Origin: an uncultured Candidatus Saccharibacteria bacterium
Lineage (GTDB): Bacteria > Patescibacteriota > Saccharimonadia > Saccharimonadales > AWTP1-31
Length of the DNA: 47,016 nucleotides
Assembly: GCA_964536985.1 (NCBI GenBank)
Contig: CAZIBG010000001.1
Span: 1 to 47,016 of the forward strand
Direction of reading: 5' to 3'
The position numbers and the translations under genes are program-made. This document shows positions 1-9,003 of the stretch, one piece after another; the first letter of the stretch is position 1, and each line of letters begins with the position of its first letter. The notes under the pieces are model-generated. The model was given only the letters and a program-made list of their open reading frames with translations, was not told the DNA's origin and ran no database searches.

Positions 1-25
1 TATACATGTTTTTAGCGTTACCGGT

Positions 26-54
26 ATTCTACCCCCCCCTGAGATACAATGCAA
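26..54 (-). promoter_or_regulatory. Sigma70-like promoter with a G8 spacer tract; the gene it drives lies left of the window
   Basis: Coding strand reads TTGCAT (54..49), then tgtatctca + G8 (48..32, a 17-nt spacer), then TAGAAT (31..26). The flanks are near-identical to the sites at 9004..9034 and 15734..15763. Confidence 0.6.
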
Positions 55-64
55 GAAAGTAGCC

Positions 65-298
65 TTATAGTTCACCACTGAGTATTCGCGAGACATCGAT
101 GTAGCGTTGGCAGTCATCAATACTACGATCAGCTAGGGGAATGGCGAGGATACGCTCAAAGTCAATCTTTGCTACAGCCAAGTCTTCGTCATAAGTTACA
201 GCTAATTCCGAGGCCAATACTTTAGACCCAAGTGAAGAAGGAAAATATAATCCATGTTCGGCGGCTATCAGTTCATAGTCTGGTATTCTGTCTGTCAT
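65..298 (-). CDS. Small acidic protein of unknown function (77 aa), member of a 3-copy family
   Basis: ORF track. It is near-identical to 15774..16007 and clearly homologous to 13158..13409, sharing YFP..LG...TY.EDL...SRILSG[DE]L. Conservation between diverged copies supports a real gene. Confidence 0.7.
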   Translation of the reverse strand: MTDRIPDYELIAAEHGLYFPSSLGSKVLASELAVTYDEDLAVAKIDFERILAIPLADRSIDDCQRYIDVSRILSGEL

Positions 299-415
299 CT
301 GTTAACCATACCATGTAGAGCGATATTCTCTAGTTTCCTACTGCCGTGACATCCACCCGAAAGTCATAAGTTTTACTGGCTTTATGCATTGGTTTTCCTA
401 GAACGAGCCATGAAC

Positions 416-1924
416 CTACTTTAGTGCAGACCTCTTACGTAGTGCGTAGACAATAAAACAAAGACCCAAAGAAGTGGCAATAATCGTGATAGCTGGAGAT
501 ACAGCGCCAATACCAGTGTTCGGAGCTCCGGCATTACCGCTACCAGGCGTAGAAGGAGTAGAGGCGCCACAGACAGCTCCCTCAAATTGGAAGGCACCGA
601 CTGAAGGGCAAGAGTTAGGCCGAGCGATACCACGAGCGTCAGTTGTTACCCCAAGTACTGAAGCACCAGCAGCAATTGCAGGGCTTCCAGGAAGCAAGGC
701 ACGGGTCGGCACACTTCCACTGTTGTTCTGAAGTGGACCGAGAGTAGGAATGATATTGCTGATATTTTGTTGGTCACCTTCTTCGATAAACATGTCACAC
801 GTATCATCGTCTGACATGTTGAATCCGTTCGAAGTGATACCAAAACTAACATCCGTACCTGAGCCACCTACAGCGTTTGTAAGGTCAACAGCAGTACAGT
901 TGGAAGAAACTCCATTATTCAGGTTATCGGCCATGAGGCTATTGCTGACCGAAACATTTACATCTGCATGCCCGCTTGGCTGATCAACAGCTGCGGCCGC
1001 GTAGAAGGCTGCCGACCTGATATCTGCTGCGAAGCCAGTTCCTGTTACTCCTCTCATGCCGGTGACGGTGATGTTATTTACCGAGGTATTCACCGAAGTA
1101 CTTGCACCATCAACTCCAACGGAAAAACTTCCAAATGGTGCAACAAAGTCTTCGCCAGTTATGTCATCCACTGTTACGTTGGAAATTGTTGCAGTAACCT
1201 CGCTATCTCCGATGGCCAAGATTTGAACTCCATATGTAAAGTTTTGGGCACCAGTATTATGGATGTCTGCAATAGTTATATTATTAAGATTGGCCTCTAC
1301 AGCAATATCTCCACCCTCGGCATTTACTGCAATAACTCGAACGAATCCCGCAGCAGTCATGTTGTGAACGTAGATATTCTCCATCAATACTGATGTTGCA
1401 ACTTGTGTACTGGGATCAGCCACGATACCGTCCAGAGCATTACTGTCTTGGCCATCGACTTCAATATTGCGTAACGTAGCGTTGACGTTCTTCATACGAA
1501 GAGCTTTGCTATTGAAGGCAGTAATTTTGAGATCCTGGACACTTACATTGACGATAGGATCATCGTAAGGAACTACCGCCCAAATAGTCGTGTAACTTCC
1601 GTTGTCGCCACTAATTGTCGTCTGATCCATACCAGCACCAGATATTGAAACGGATTTTGTAATCTCTGGCAGGTCAGCTGAAAGTGTTATAGTGCCAGCC
1701 GGAAGAGTGATGGTATCGTTCGTGCCATAGCTGCCACTTGCAGTACAATCCGATTGATTTGCACCGGCATTAACCGAGTCAATAGCAATAGGTAGCGTAC
1801 AGCCACCGGTCACGTTGAGAGTTGCCGCGTGAGCCCGTCCACCACCCAAAGTCAGGGCAGCCAGGAAGGCGAATGCTGCCAGGATCAGTTTGTTTGTTTT
1901 CGTGAGGTTCAGGATATTGAGCAT
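416..1924 (-). CDS. Sortase-anchored surface protein with a parallel beta-helix core and a choice-of-anchor-Q-like C-terminal module (family member, 502 aa)
   Basis: N-terminal signal peptide MLNILNLTKTNKLILAAFAFLAALTLGGGRAHA/ATLNV. The core has N.T/NxT-rich PbH1-like repeats. The C-terminal module reads LGPLQNNSGSVPTRALLPGSPAIAAG...TTDARGIARP. The sorting signal is GAPNTG followed by a hydrophobic stretch and RKRSALK. Confidence 0.85.
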   Translation of the reverse strand: MLNILNLTKTNKLILAAFAFLAALTLGGGRAHAATLNVTGGCTLPIAIDSVNAGANQSDCTASGSYGTNDTITLPAGTITLSADLPEITKSVSISGAGMDQTTISGDNGSYTTIWAVVPYDDPIVNVSVQDLKITAFNSKALRMKNVNATLRNIEVDGQDSNALDGIVADPSTQVATSVLMENIYVHNMTAAGFVRVIAVNAEGGDIAVEANLNNITIADIHNTGAQNFTYGVQILAIGDSEVTATISNVTVDDITGEDFVAPFGSFSVGVDGASTSVNTSVNNITVTGMRGVTGTGFAADIRSAAFYAAAAVDQPSGHADVNVSVSNSLMADNLNNGVSSNCTAVDLTNAVGGSGTDVSFGITSNGFNMSDDDTCDMFIEEGDQQNISNIIPTLGPLQNNSGSVPTRALLPGSPAIAAGASVLGVTTDARGIARPNSCPSVGAFQFEGAVCGASTPSTPGSGNAGAPNTGIGAVSPAITIIATSLGLCFIVYALRKRSALK

Positions 1925-1960
1925 TAGTTAGTTCCTATTATACGTTTGTGCTTATCCTTT

Positions 1961-1991
1961 AGTCTACCCCCCCCCCGAGGATATTGGGCAA
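1961..1991 (-). promoter_or_regulatory. Sigma70-like promoter with a G10 spacer tract, upstream of 416..1924
   Basis: Coding strand reads TTGCCC (1991..1986), then aatatcctc + G10 (a 19-nt spacer), then TAGACT (1966..1961). An AGGAAC Shine-Dalgarno-like motif lies just upstream of the ATG at 1924. Confidence 0.6.
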
Positions 1992-2096
1992 GTCTAGGCT
2001 CAACTAAACACCCGACTGCAAATGACTACACATAGAAACATATAACCTCATCAACTACGCCCCGACAGGGGTGATTATGATATAATAGTGTCTGTA

Positions 2097-2486
2097 ATGG
2101 TGAAGAGATCTAAGTACAATATTGTCATTCCTGTCGGCATGAAGCCTCGACCCAAGCTTCATGAAGAAACGGCTGCCGAGATATTAGCCGCTCACTTAAA
2201 GAGCGATGTCTACTTTATTGAAACTGGCAGCCAGGGAACGCCTGACGTATCTATTAAAGGCACGAAATGGGAGATCAAGAGTCCTATTGGTAGTGGCGCT
2301 AACAATATACAGAAAAATATGCGTGAAGCATCCGCGCAGTCGGAAAGTATAGTTATAGATTTAAGGCGGTCAAAACTGCATCAAACACGAGCACTAGGCT
2401 ATATTAGATTATTCAGTAACAGATACAAGAAACTAAAGCGAGTTTTGGTCATAACTAAATCCAAGCAAATATTGACAATCAAGTAG
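2097..2486 (+). CDS. Hypothetical protein with a PD-(D/E)xK nuclease-like motif; probably translated from a leaderless mRNA
   Basis: The ORF track starts at GTG 2088, but a perfect extended -10 (TGATATAAT, 2078..2086) sits 1 nt before that GTG. ATG 2097 is therefore the more likely start, about 4 nt from the predicted TSS. The motif is TPDVSIKGTKWEIKSP (PD...ExK). This is one of only three + strand ORFs called inside the minus-strand array (with the IS30 transposase and, less certainly, the candidate sRNA). Confidence 0.6.
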   Translation: MVKRSKYNIVIPVGMKPRPKLHEETAAEILAAHLKSDVYFIETGSQGTPDVSIKGTKWEIKSPIGSGANNIQKNMREASAQSESIVIDLRRSKLHQTRALGYIRLFSNRYKKLKRVLVITKSKQILTIK

Positions 2487-2509
2487 TCGACAGCTATAAT
2501 TACAGATGC

Positions 2510-2557
2510 AAAAGACGCATACGGGACTGAATTGACCCAGAGGCGTCTTTTCTTTTT
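2510..2557. terminator. Possible bidirectional terminator between convergent genes
   Basis: aaaagacgc (2510..2518) pairs with gcgtctttt (2543..2551) and is followed by a T-rich tail. The 24-nt loop is long, which weakens the call. Confidence 0.35.
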
Positions 2558-4040
2558 AGTTGCGCTTAGTGGCAAAACTATAGCTAAGGGCGATAAGCCC
2601 AAAGAGGCTAGTAACGGTAGTGACGATAATTGAAGCTGAGCCAATACCAGTGCTTGGTGCAGTAGCTGTAGCTGGGCTCGTTGTAGTTTCGGCTAGAACA
2701 TACTGGTATGCACCAATGGATGGACTTGAGCTTGGCCGGGCGATACCTCGAGCATCTGTAGTTACGCCAAGTACTGAACCACCGGCTGAGATGGCTGGCG
2801 AACCAGGGAGAAGCGCTCGGGTCGGCACAGAGCCACCATTGTTTTGTAGGGGTCCAAGCGTAGAAACGATGTTACCTATGTTCTGTTGGTCGTGTGGCTG
2901 ATTGAAGTTTGTGCAAGAAGCGTCGTCGGACATGTTGTAGTCCAAAGATGTGACCGTGGCATTTCCCGTACCCGTTCCACTGAAGCCTGCGGTTAGATCA
3001 GCAACTTCACAATTAGATGACACGCCGTTACTAAGGTTGTCGGCCAGTAAACTGTTACCGACACTAATGTCCACATTAGCCGTGTCGCCACTAGTCAATC
3101 CTGCGGTAATTGCGTAAAATGCTGCCGACTTCACACCCACAAGTGGAAATGCATTACCAGTAATTCCTCGCATCCCTGTGATAGTAACGTTATATATGGT
3201 CATGTTTGTATTTGCGTCACCTCCAGCGGCAAGCGCACCTCCAGCGAATGGCGCCACTATATTAGCACCTGTTATGTTGTGAATGGTTGTATTAGTAATC
3301 GTAGCGTTTACCGCACCTATATTGCCTGGTGTATTGCCTTGCATACCCACGCCCATGGCGAATCCGTTGATAGTGCCCGTTCCGTTATTTATATTGGCGA
3401 GAGTCGTATTATTAATGTTGGCATTTAATGTACCACCACCGTTTTGGTTAACAAGCACACCATACACAATGGTTTCGTCATAATCTATATCGTGAATATA
3501 TACATTGTTTGTGGACAATGTAAAAGTGTTAGGCGAGTCGTTCATAATCATTAAGTTTGACCATTGGTTTGTTGAATTCTGGCCGTTAATTTCTAGATTC
3601 TCTAAGGTAACATTACAGTTCTCTGCAAGTAGTGCGTACTGATCATAAGCCTGAACCGTCATGTCTGAGATAGTAACATCTACCCCTTGCGCTCTGAATG
3701 GTCGATATTGGCCGGCATCGCCGTCTATAGCAGTACTACTGATACCTGCGCCCTTGATTACCACATCTTCTGTGATATTGGCTGGAGTTGCTGTCAGAGT
3801 AATAGTTCCTGCAGGGATGGCAATAATGTCGCTTGTGCCGTAGCCAGCTTCTGTGGCCGTACAACCAGATTGGTCAGCTCCTGCGTTTACTGAATCGATT
3901 GCGATATTTAACGTACAGCCACCACCTACATTAAGTGTCGCCGCATGCACCCTGCCACCGCCAAAGGCTAGCACTGCTAAAAAGGCGAATGTCGCAAGGA
4001 TGAGTTTGTTTGTTTTTGTCAGATTCAGAATGCTTTCCAT
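2556..4040 (-). CDS. Sortase-anchored surface protein with a beta-helix core and a choice-of-anchor-Q-like module (family member, 494 aa)
   Basis: Signal peptide MESILNLTKTNKLILATFAFLAVLAFGGGRVHA/ATLNV. The C-terminal module reads LGPLQNNGGSVPTRALLPGSPAISAG...TTDARGIARP. The sorting signal is APSTG followed by a hydrophobic stretch and KRN. Confidence 0.85.
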   Translation of the reverse strand: MESILNLTKTNKLILATFAFLAVLAFGGGRVHAATLNVGGGCTLNIAIDSVNAGADQSGCTATEAGYGTSDIIAIPAGTITLTATPANITEDVVIKGAGISSTAIDGDAGQYRPFRAQGVDVTISDMTVQAYDQYALLAENCNVTLENLEINGQNSTNQWSNLMIMNDSPNTFTLSTNNVYIHDIDYDETIVYGVLVNQNGGGTLNANINNTTLANINNGTGTINGFAMGVGMQGNTPGNIGAVNATITNTTIHNITGANIVAPFAGGALAAGGDANTNMTIYNVTITGMRGITGNAFPLVGVKSAAFYAITAGLTSGDTANVDISVGNSLLADNLSNGVSSNCEVADLTAGFSGTGTGNATVTSLDYNMSDDASCTNFNQPHDQQNIGNIVSTLGPLQNNGGSVPTRALLPGSPAISAGGSVLGVTTDARGIARPSSSPSIGAYQYVLAETTTSPATATAPSTGIGSASIIVTTVTSLFGLIALSYSFATKRN

Positions 4041-4075
4041 TTATAATTCCTACTTTACGCTAGTGTTTAACCGGT

Positions 4076-4104
4076 AGTCTACCTCCCCCGTAAGTTATTT
4101 GCAA
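4076..4104 (-). promoter_or_regulatory. Sigma70-like promoter with an interrupted G tract (GGGGGAGG), 17-nt spacer
   Basis: Coding strand reads TTGCAA (4104..4099), then ataacttac + GGGGGAGG (17 nt), then TAGACT (4081..4076). The + strand reads cctccccc. Confidence 0.6.
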
Positions 4105-4144
4105 GAACACCTGCTTGAACCACTCGTATGTATTACCCTTACGG

Positions 4145-4257
4145 TTGACGATAGTGGCACATTTGAGGTAAAATGTAACTACAATTGATTCGCTTTCCGA
4201 ACTGTCACCGTATGGTGCGCGTGCCTGGGACAACCAGGATAGGAAGCGAATTTTTTA
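4145..4257 (+). ncRNA. Candidate small RNA unit: promoter, about 64-nt branched hairpin, then a T tract
   Basis: The promoter is TTGACG (4145..4150), an 18-nt spacer, then TAAAAT (4169..4174). The outer stem pairs attcgctttcc (4188..4198) with ggaagcgaat (4242..4251). Inner hairpins are cacc-gtat-ggtg (4206..4217) and cctgg-gacaa-ccagg (4224..4238). TTTTTTATTT (4251..4260) follows. No ORF is present. Confidence 0.3.
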
Positions 4258-4878
4258 TTTGAAGTACCAAATATCTTCAGTGCGCTTGTTGATAACTTTT
4301 AGGTAGATATCGCTGTCAGTTTTACGCTTTTGAGTTGTTCGTAAAAGGCTACCCGCAACCATATCTGCCAGCTGAATCAAGTTATCATTCTTGGAGTTAA
4401 CAAACTTCATATCTTTTATTATGCTACCGTCTGGATTAGCCTGCTGGCGAAAGTACGTTATTGCCGCTTTCTTGTAAGACCGGTCTTCGTGGCCATCAAG
4501 ACGAATCCGTCCATCGGTAATCTTGCCAGCACTTTTGGAAAGCACCTCTTTGATCATGTAGTTATAGAATTTATTCTTGTTTCTCCTAAGTTCAACGCTT
4601 CTGATGATAGACTTATCGGCGACTATTGCCCGAACCCGGAACTTACAACTTTTTATCTCGTTTAAAAAAGCGAGACGTATATCTTTACTGGCTTTGTTGA
4701 ACTTAAACTCATGATCGTCTCGCCACCCAAGTGAACGACGCAATCGCTTAATCCTAAGCGCAGTTTCTTCGGCATCAAGGTTGTCATCAAAGACAATGCA
4801 GGCAATAACAAAGTGTGTGCTCGAGCCCTTATCAAACTTAAAGCCCGGATCTCCTGAATCATCTATGAATACCAGCAT
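4255..4878 (-). CDS. DUF3800 family protein
   Basis: The N-terminus MLVFIDDSGDPGFKF and the overall length (207 aa) are typical of DUF3800. This is recognised from memory and was not searched. Confidence 0.75.
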   Translation of the reverse strand: MLVFIDDSGDPGFKFDKGSSTHFVIACIVFDDNLDAEETALRIKRLRRSLGWRDDHEFKFNKASKDIRLAFLNEIKSCKFRVRAIVADKSIIRSVELRRNKNKFYNYMIKEVLSKSAGKITDGRIRLDGHEDRSYKKAAITYFRQQANPDGSIIKDMKFVNSKNDNLIQLADMVAGSLLRTTQKRKTDSDIYLKVINKRTEDIWYFK

Positions 4879-4928
4879 ACGTGTATTATATGGTCATATT
4901 TAGATCAAAGCCACCGGGTAGGACTATA

Positions 4929-6686
4929 CTAGGCTCGCTTGTGAGTACAGACATAACCGAGAGTTAATAGCCCGGCAAAAGAAGCGAACAACGAACCAAC
5001 GAGAGAGACAGGGTTAGCGCCGGTGTTTGGTGCCCCTGCATTACCGCTACCAGACGTAGAAGGAGTAGAGGCGCCACAGACAGCTCCCTCAAACTGGAAG
5101 GCTCCAACAGATGGGCAATCCCCAGGCCGAGCAACTCCACGAGCGTCAGTAGTAACACCTAGGACAGAGCCACCAGAGGCAATAGCAGGAGATCCATTAA
5201 GCAATGCGATAGTCTCTACTGGACCGCCGTTGTTCTGGAGTGGACCAAGGGTGGAAAGTATGTTCGAAACAACAGTATAGCCGGTACAGTGTGGGTCATC
5301 GGTTATGTTATTACCAAGATTTACTGGCGCGAGATCAATGGCACCCGACAGTCCAAAAGCCGCCTTATCTCCTTGAATACAGCTACCAGTTACGCCATTA
5401 CGTGTGTTTCCGGCAATGAGGCTGTTTTGAGCACTTGCTCCGTTGGTGATGTCAGGTACAAAAGGCGCGACTTTATCAACAAAGAATGTTGCGTTAACTC
5501 CGGCCGAAACGAATGCCTGGTAAAACGCACCGGGGTCACTTTGGGTCACTTCGTTCCCAACAATTGTTGCATTGGTAAAAGTTAAATCAGCACTATCTGC
5601 AGTTAAGCTAGCTACAAATCCCGCACCCGTCAGCTGATCGTCTAACTCATTCACAATTATGTTGTTTGCCGACGTAAGGTTAGTGATATTCTGGTTGTTT
5701 GCAAGAGCTCCATTAAAAATCATCCCCGAAACATATGGATGAGATTGGAATGGATCTGCCAGTGGCACTGCTGTTGCGACCTCAACGGCATTTCCTGATA
5801 CGGTCACAGCGTCCATTGTAAATACAGTTCCAACTTCAGAAACAGTACCGCCTTCTTCGTAAATCATAACGCCACCCCACTTTTCGGCTATGTTATCGGC
5901 TATTGTCGTGCGTTCAACATTTACTTCGATACTATCTACATTATCACCACTCACTTGGTAATAGGTACTTATATACAAGCCTGCTGACTCAGATGAGTTG
6001 CCGCTTATTACGCTATCCTGAATGTCTGCAGATGGGATATCAGATAACTGCACTGGCGTAGGTATAATTGAAAGGCCAGCAAAATCGGTACCGAAGTCTC
6101 CAGTGATAAGCCCGCCGAAGATATTATTATTAATGTTATCTGTAATTTTCGAGTCTTTAACAATTGTATGAATAGCGCGCACGTACACACCCATTACCGA
6201 ATTGGACACCTCTACGCCATCGATTGTTACAGTGCCAGAAAACTGAGCACCGATGGCCATTGGAATTGCGTCAAAAATAGTAAAGTCCTTGAACACATGG
6301 TCACGCGCTCCCGATGGTCCTGGGTCAGGGTCTGTATTAAAGCCACCATGACCGTTGGCATCTATATTCGTAACACCCTTGCCAGCGCCAATAATGCTAA
6401 CCGATTTGTTGGTTATAGCCGGTAAATCTGCAGACAGGGTAATGGTTCCTGCGGGAATAGTGATCGTGTCATTTGTGCCATATGAATCAGGAGATATCAC
6501 TGCCGTACACCCAGACTGGTTAGCACCCGCATTAACCGAATTAATAGCGATAGGTAGGGTACAGCCTCCGGTCACGTTAAGGGTGGCCGCATGAGCACGA
6601 CCAGAACCAAATGCAAAAACAGCCAGAAAGGCAAAGGTTGCAAGAATTAATTTTGTTGTATTTGTTAGATTCAGAATGCTTTGCAT
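4929..6686 (-). CDS. Sortase-anchored surface protein with a beta-helix core and a choice-of-anchor-Q-like module (family member, 585 aa, longest core)
   Basis: Signal peptide MQSILNLTNTTKLILATFAFLAVFAFGSGRAHA/ATLNV. The C-terminal module reads LGPLQNNGGPVETIALLNGSPAIASG...TTDARGVARP. The sorting signal is GAPNTG followed by a hydrophobic stretch and HKRA. Confidence 0.85.
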   Translation of the reverse strand: MQSILNLTNTTKLILATFAFLAVFAFGSGRAHAATLNVTGGCTLPIAINSVNAGANQSGCTAVISPDSYGTNDTITIPAGTITLSADLPAITNKSVSIIGAGKGVTNIDANGHGGFNTDPDPGPSGARDHVFKDFTIFDAIPMAIGAQFSGTVTIDGVEVSNSVMGVYVRAIHTIVKDSKITDNINNNIFGGLITGDFGTDFAGLSIIPTPVQLSDIPSADIQDSVISGNSSESAGLYISTYYQVSGDNVDSIEVNVERTTIADNIAEKWGGVMIYEEGGTVSEVGTVFTMDAVTVSGNAVEVATAVPLADPFQSHPYVSGMIFNGALANNQNITNLTSANNIIVNELDDQLTGAGFVASLTADSADLTFTNATIVGNEVTQSDPGAFYQAFVSAGVNATFFVDKVAPFVPDITNGASAQNSLIAGNTRNGVTGSCIQGDKAAFGLSGAIDLAPVNLGNNITDDPHCTGYTVVSNILSTLGPLQNNGGPVETIALLNGSPAIASGGSVLGVTTDARGVARPGDCPSVGAFQFEGAVCGASTPSTSGSGNAGAPNTGANPVSLVGSLFASFAGLLTLGYVCTHKRA

Positions 6687-6723
6687 GTGTTAGTTCCTAT
6701 GTTAACGCTTGTGTTTAATAGGT

Positions 6724-6752
6724 AGTCTACCCCCCCCCGATATTTTGAGCAA
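6724..6752 (-). promoter_or_regulatory. Sigma70-like promoter with a G9 spacer tract, upstream of 4929..6686
   Basis: Coding strand reads TTGCTC (6752..6747), then aaaatatc + G9 (17 nt), then TAGACT (6729..6724). The -35 lies only 12 nt after the sortase stop codon. Confidence 0.6.
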
Positions 6753-6763
6753 GTCTAAGCTAC

Positions 6764-7447
6764 CTAGAAGGCTTCTGCGACAACGATCACCCGAGAGTCA
6801 TAGGTTTTGCTATCTTTATCAAATCGACCAGTGCACGTTATGAGGTTAAGTTGCTTAGGTATGGTTTTGTCGCGCACAAACAGCGCGGTGTCGGCCTCTT
6901 TAGTGGAAACTGTTTGGACTTGTTTGACTTTGAACTTTCTAACGCTTTTATCGCCGTAAGTTACCGTGAATGTATCACTAGTCTTGAGCTTACCCAGGTT
7001 GTAGAAGATTCCTTTAGCATATAGCCCATGCACATGCCCGTCGATAATACTGAGGCCAGCATCACCAGGCAAGGAGCCCTTGGTGTACCAGCCAGCCATA
7101 TTAACATTACTCGGGACTACCATCTGGTTTTCTTTGTCTACGCTTACTTGTTGGATAAAACCTTCTGCCTTAATCGTTGGCAGCTGAATGGAGAGTGGTT
7201 TGTCTGCGGGGACGCTATAGTTATCTGGCACTGGTTGTTCGCTGGGGGTGTCAGTAGATACCGTCGCCACCGTATGTCCAGCCGGTACACCGGCATGTTG
7301 AATGTTATACCAGTTACGTACCGCATTCAGGCCAATGCCAACCAGTAATATGCCTACAATTAATATTACGAGGCGAATACTTCGTTGAGTCTTCGAGGTT
7401 GATCTACGCTTTAATGATCTATTGCTACGCTTCTTTAGTCGAACCAT
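6764..7447 (-). CDS. Sortase (class F-like transpeptidase), copy 1
   Basis: N-terminal TM anchor, catalytic His in IIDGHVHG, Cys in LNLITCTG and Arg in YDSRVIVVA. It is about 90% identical to 13508..14194. Confidence 0.85.
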   Translation of the reverse strand: MVRLKKRSNRSLKRRSTSKTQRSIRLVILIVGILLVGIGLNAVRNWYNIQHAGVPAGHTVATVSTDTPSEQPVPDNYSVPADKPLSIQLPTIKAEGFIQQVSVDKENQMVVPSNVNMAGWYTKGSLPGDAGLSIIDGHVHGLYAKGIFYNLGKLKTSDTFTVTYGDKSVRKFKVKQVQTVSTKEADTALFVRDKTIPKQLNLITCTGRFDKDSKTYDSRVIVVAEAF

Positions 7448-7500
7448 AGTTACTAATATAGACTAGCTCGAGCGTTGTTGCTTGCGGAATACGTATGTTA
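6764..7500. repeat. Duplicated module: sortase gene plus the 3' end of the upstream surface gene (partner about 13508..14250)
   Basis: A perfectly identical run of about 125 nt (roughly 6843..6967 versus 13588..13712) is flanked by further near-identical stretches. Boundaries are approximate. Confidence 0.7.
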
Positions 7501-8965
7501 GTAGTCCAATGCCAAGCATGCTGGCAAGTACATTGAGTATTTGTGCTACAGATCCAACACCCGTGTTTGGAGCTCCTGCGTTACTACCGCCAGATGCAGA
7601 TGGAGTAGAAGCACCGCAGACAGCACCTTCAAATTGGAAGGCACCGACGGATGGGCAAGAGTTAGGACGAGCTACGCCACGAGCGTCAGTAGCTATACCC
7701 AAAACCGAGCTACCAGCAGAGATAGCTGGAGAGCCAGCTAGGAGTGCACGGGTTGGTACGTCACCACCGTTGTTCTGTAAAGGTCCAAGCGTGGAGATGA
7801 TATTGCCAACGTTTTGCTGGTCTCCTGTAGCTGTAAAGTCTGTACAACTATTATCATCGGACAAGTTATGTCCGTTAGATATAATCGAAGCATTAACAGT
7901 ACTGCCGCTGCCTCCAAAATTCGCACTGAGGTCACCTGAATAACAGTTAGTTGGAACAGTATCGGTTGCGTTGTTTGCGATTAAGCTATTTTGGACTTCC
8001 TCGACAACGGTAACCGTTCCTCCTGCATTAGCTGCACCTGCAGAAAAGAATGCTGGTGACTGTGCAATATATACACTAGAACTTCCGCTAATCCCCGTTA
8101 CGGTAGCGTTTCGGACGGTGGTATGCAAACCAATAGTTTGGCCATTATTTGCCCATCCAAAGGTGCCAAACCCAGATGCAGTGTCTGCAGCACTTATATC
8201 GTTGAGTGTTGTGTTATCTACAGTAGAAGTTATAGTCCCGCCTGCTGTGCCTCCATACAGACCAGCACTAATCATGAGGGTATTGACCCCTAACCCGCTA
8301 CTATGCAAGTCTGCTATGGTTGTGTTAGTAAGAGTGACTGTCATATCCCCGGGTGAACTGCCACCAAGAGCGATAATAAACCCGTGAATTTGATTGGCTG
8401 CCGAAATGTTATGTACATAGACATTGTCAGCCACAATTGAGCTCGCTCCACCAGCACTGGGGCCTTGGAGCTGAATTCCGTATATGTTACCACCACTGGT
8501 AAAAGCGTCCTGTCCGTCTACTTCTACATGATCAAGAATTACATTACTAGTTTTTGCTGATATTGCGCTGTTTCTGAACGCTGTAACTTTTAGATCTCGT
8601 ATGGTTAGGTTGTTGTCAGTATCAAAACCGATGTATGAACCACTGTCACCGTCAATGATGGTCTGCCCCATGCCAGCACCTTGAATAATGACTGGCACTT
8701 GTAGCCAGGCATCAGCGGTGAGCACAAATGTCCCTGCGGGAATATTGATGGTATCTGCTGTGCCATACGCTGCTCCTGTTTTCACACATCCGCTGCCATC
8801 CCCCGGAGTGTTCATGGCCGTGATTGCTTCATTAAGTGTACAGTTACTATCTACAGCTAAGGTGGCAGCATGAGCTCGGCCATTTCCGAGTGCCAGCACC
8901 GCCAAGAAAGCAAAGGTTGCGAGAATGAGTTTGTTTGTTTTAGTTAGATTTAAAATACTGAGCAT
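7463..8965 (-). CDS. Sortase-anchored surface protein with a beta-helix core and a choice-of-anchor-Q-like module (family member, 500 aa)
   Basis: Signal peptide MLSILNLTKTNKLILATFAFLAVLALGNGRAHA/ATLAV. The C-terminal module reads LGPLQNNGGDVPTRALLAGSPAISAG...TDARGVARP. The sorting signal is GAPNTG followed by a hydrophobic stretch and RKQQRSS. Confidence 0.85.
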   Translation of the reverse strand: MLSILNLTKTNKLILATFAFLAVLALGNGRAHAATLAVDSNCTLNEAITAMNTPGDGSGCVKTGAAYGTADTINIPAGTFVLTADAWLQVPVIIQGAGMGQTIIDGDSGSYIGFDTDNNLTIRDLKVTAFRNSAISAKTSNVILDHVEVDGQDAFTSGGNIYGIQLQGPSAGGASSIVADNVYVHNISAANQIHGFIIALGGSSPGDMTVTLTNTTIADLHSSGLGVNTLMISAGLYGGTAGGTITSTVDNTTLNDISAADTASGFGTFGWANNGQTIGLHTTVRNATVTGISGSSSVYIAQSPAFFSAGAANAGGTVTVVEEVQNSLIANNATDTVPTNCYSGDLSANFGGSGSTVNASIISNGHNLSDDNSCTDFTATGDQQNVGNIISTLGPLQNNGGDVPTRALLAGSPAISAGSSVLGIATDARGVARPNSCPSVGAFQFEGAVCGASTPSASGGSNAGAPNTGVGSVAQILNVLASMLGIGLLTYVFRKQQRSS

Positions 8966-9003
8966 GGAGTAATCCCTTTATACATGTTTTTAGCGTTACC
9001 GGT

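Larger units (their letters stand above)
14..545. repeat. Segmental duplication, copy A (partner about 15724..16255)
   Basis: By-eye alignment. The promoter, the small acidic gene, the 117-bp spacer and about the first 130 nt of the 3' end of the surface gene are near-identical between the two copies. Boundaries are approximate. Confidence 0.7.

Noticed and set aside
4188-4251. A cloverleaf-like fold considered as a tRNA.
   Set aside because: It is only 64 nt and has two internal arms. The putative T loop is 5 nt without a TTCGA motif, there is no anticodon arm, and extra nucleotides separate the last arm from the closing stem.
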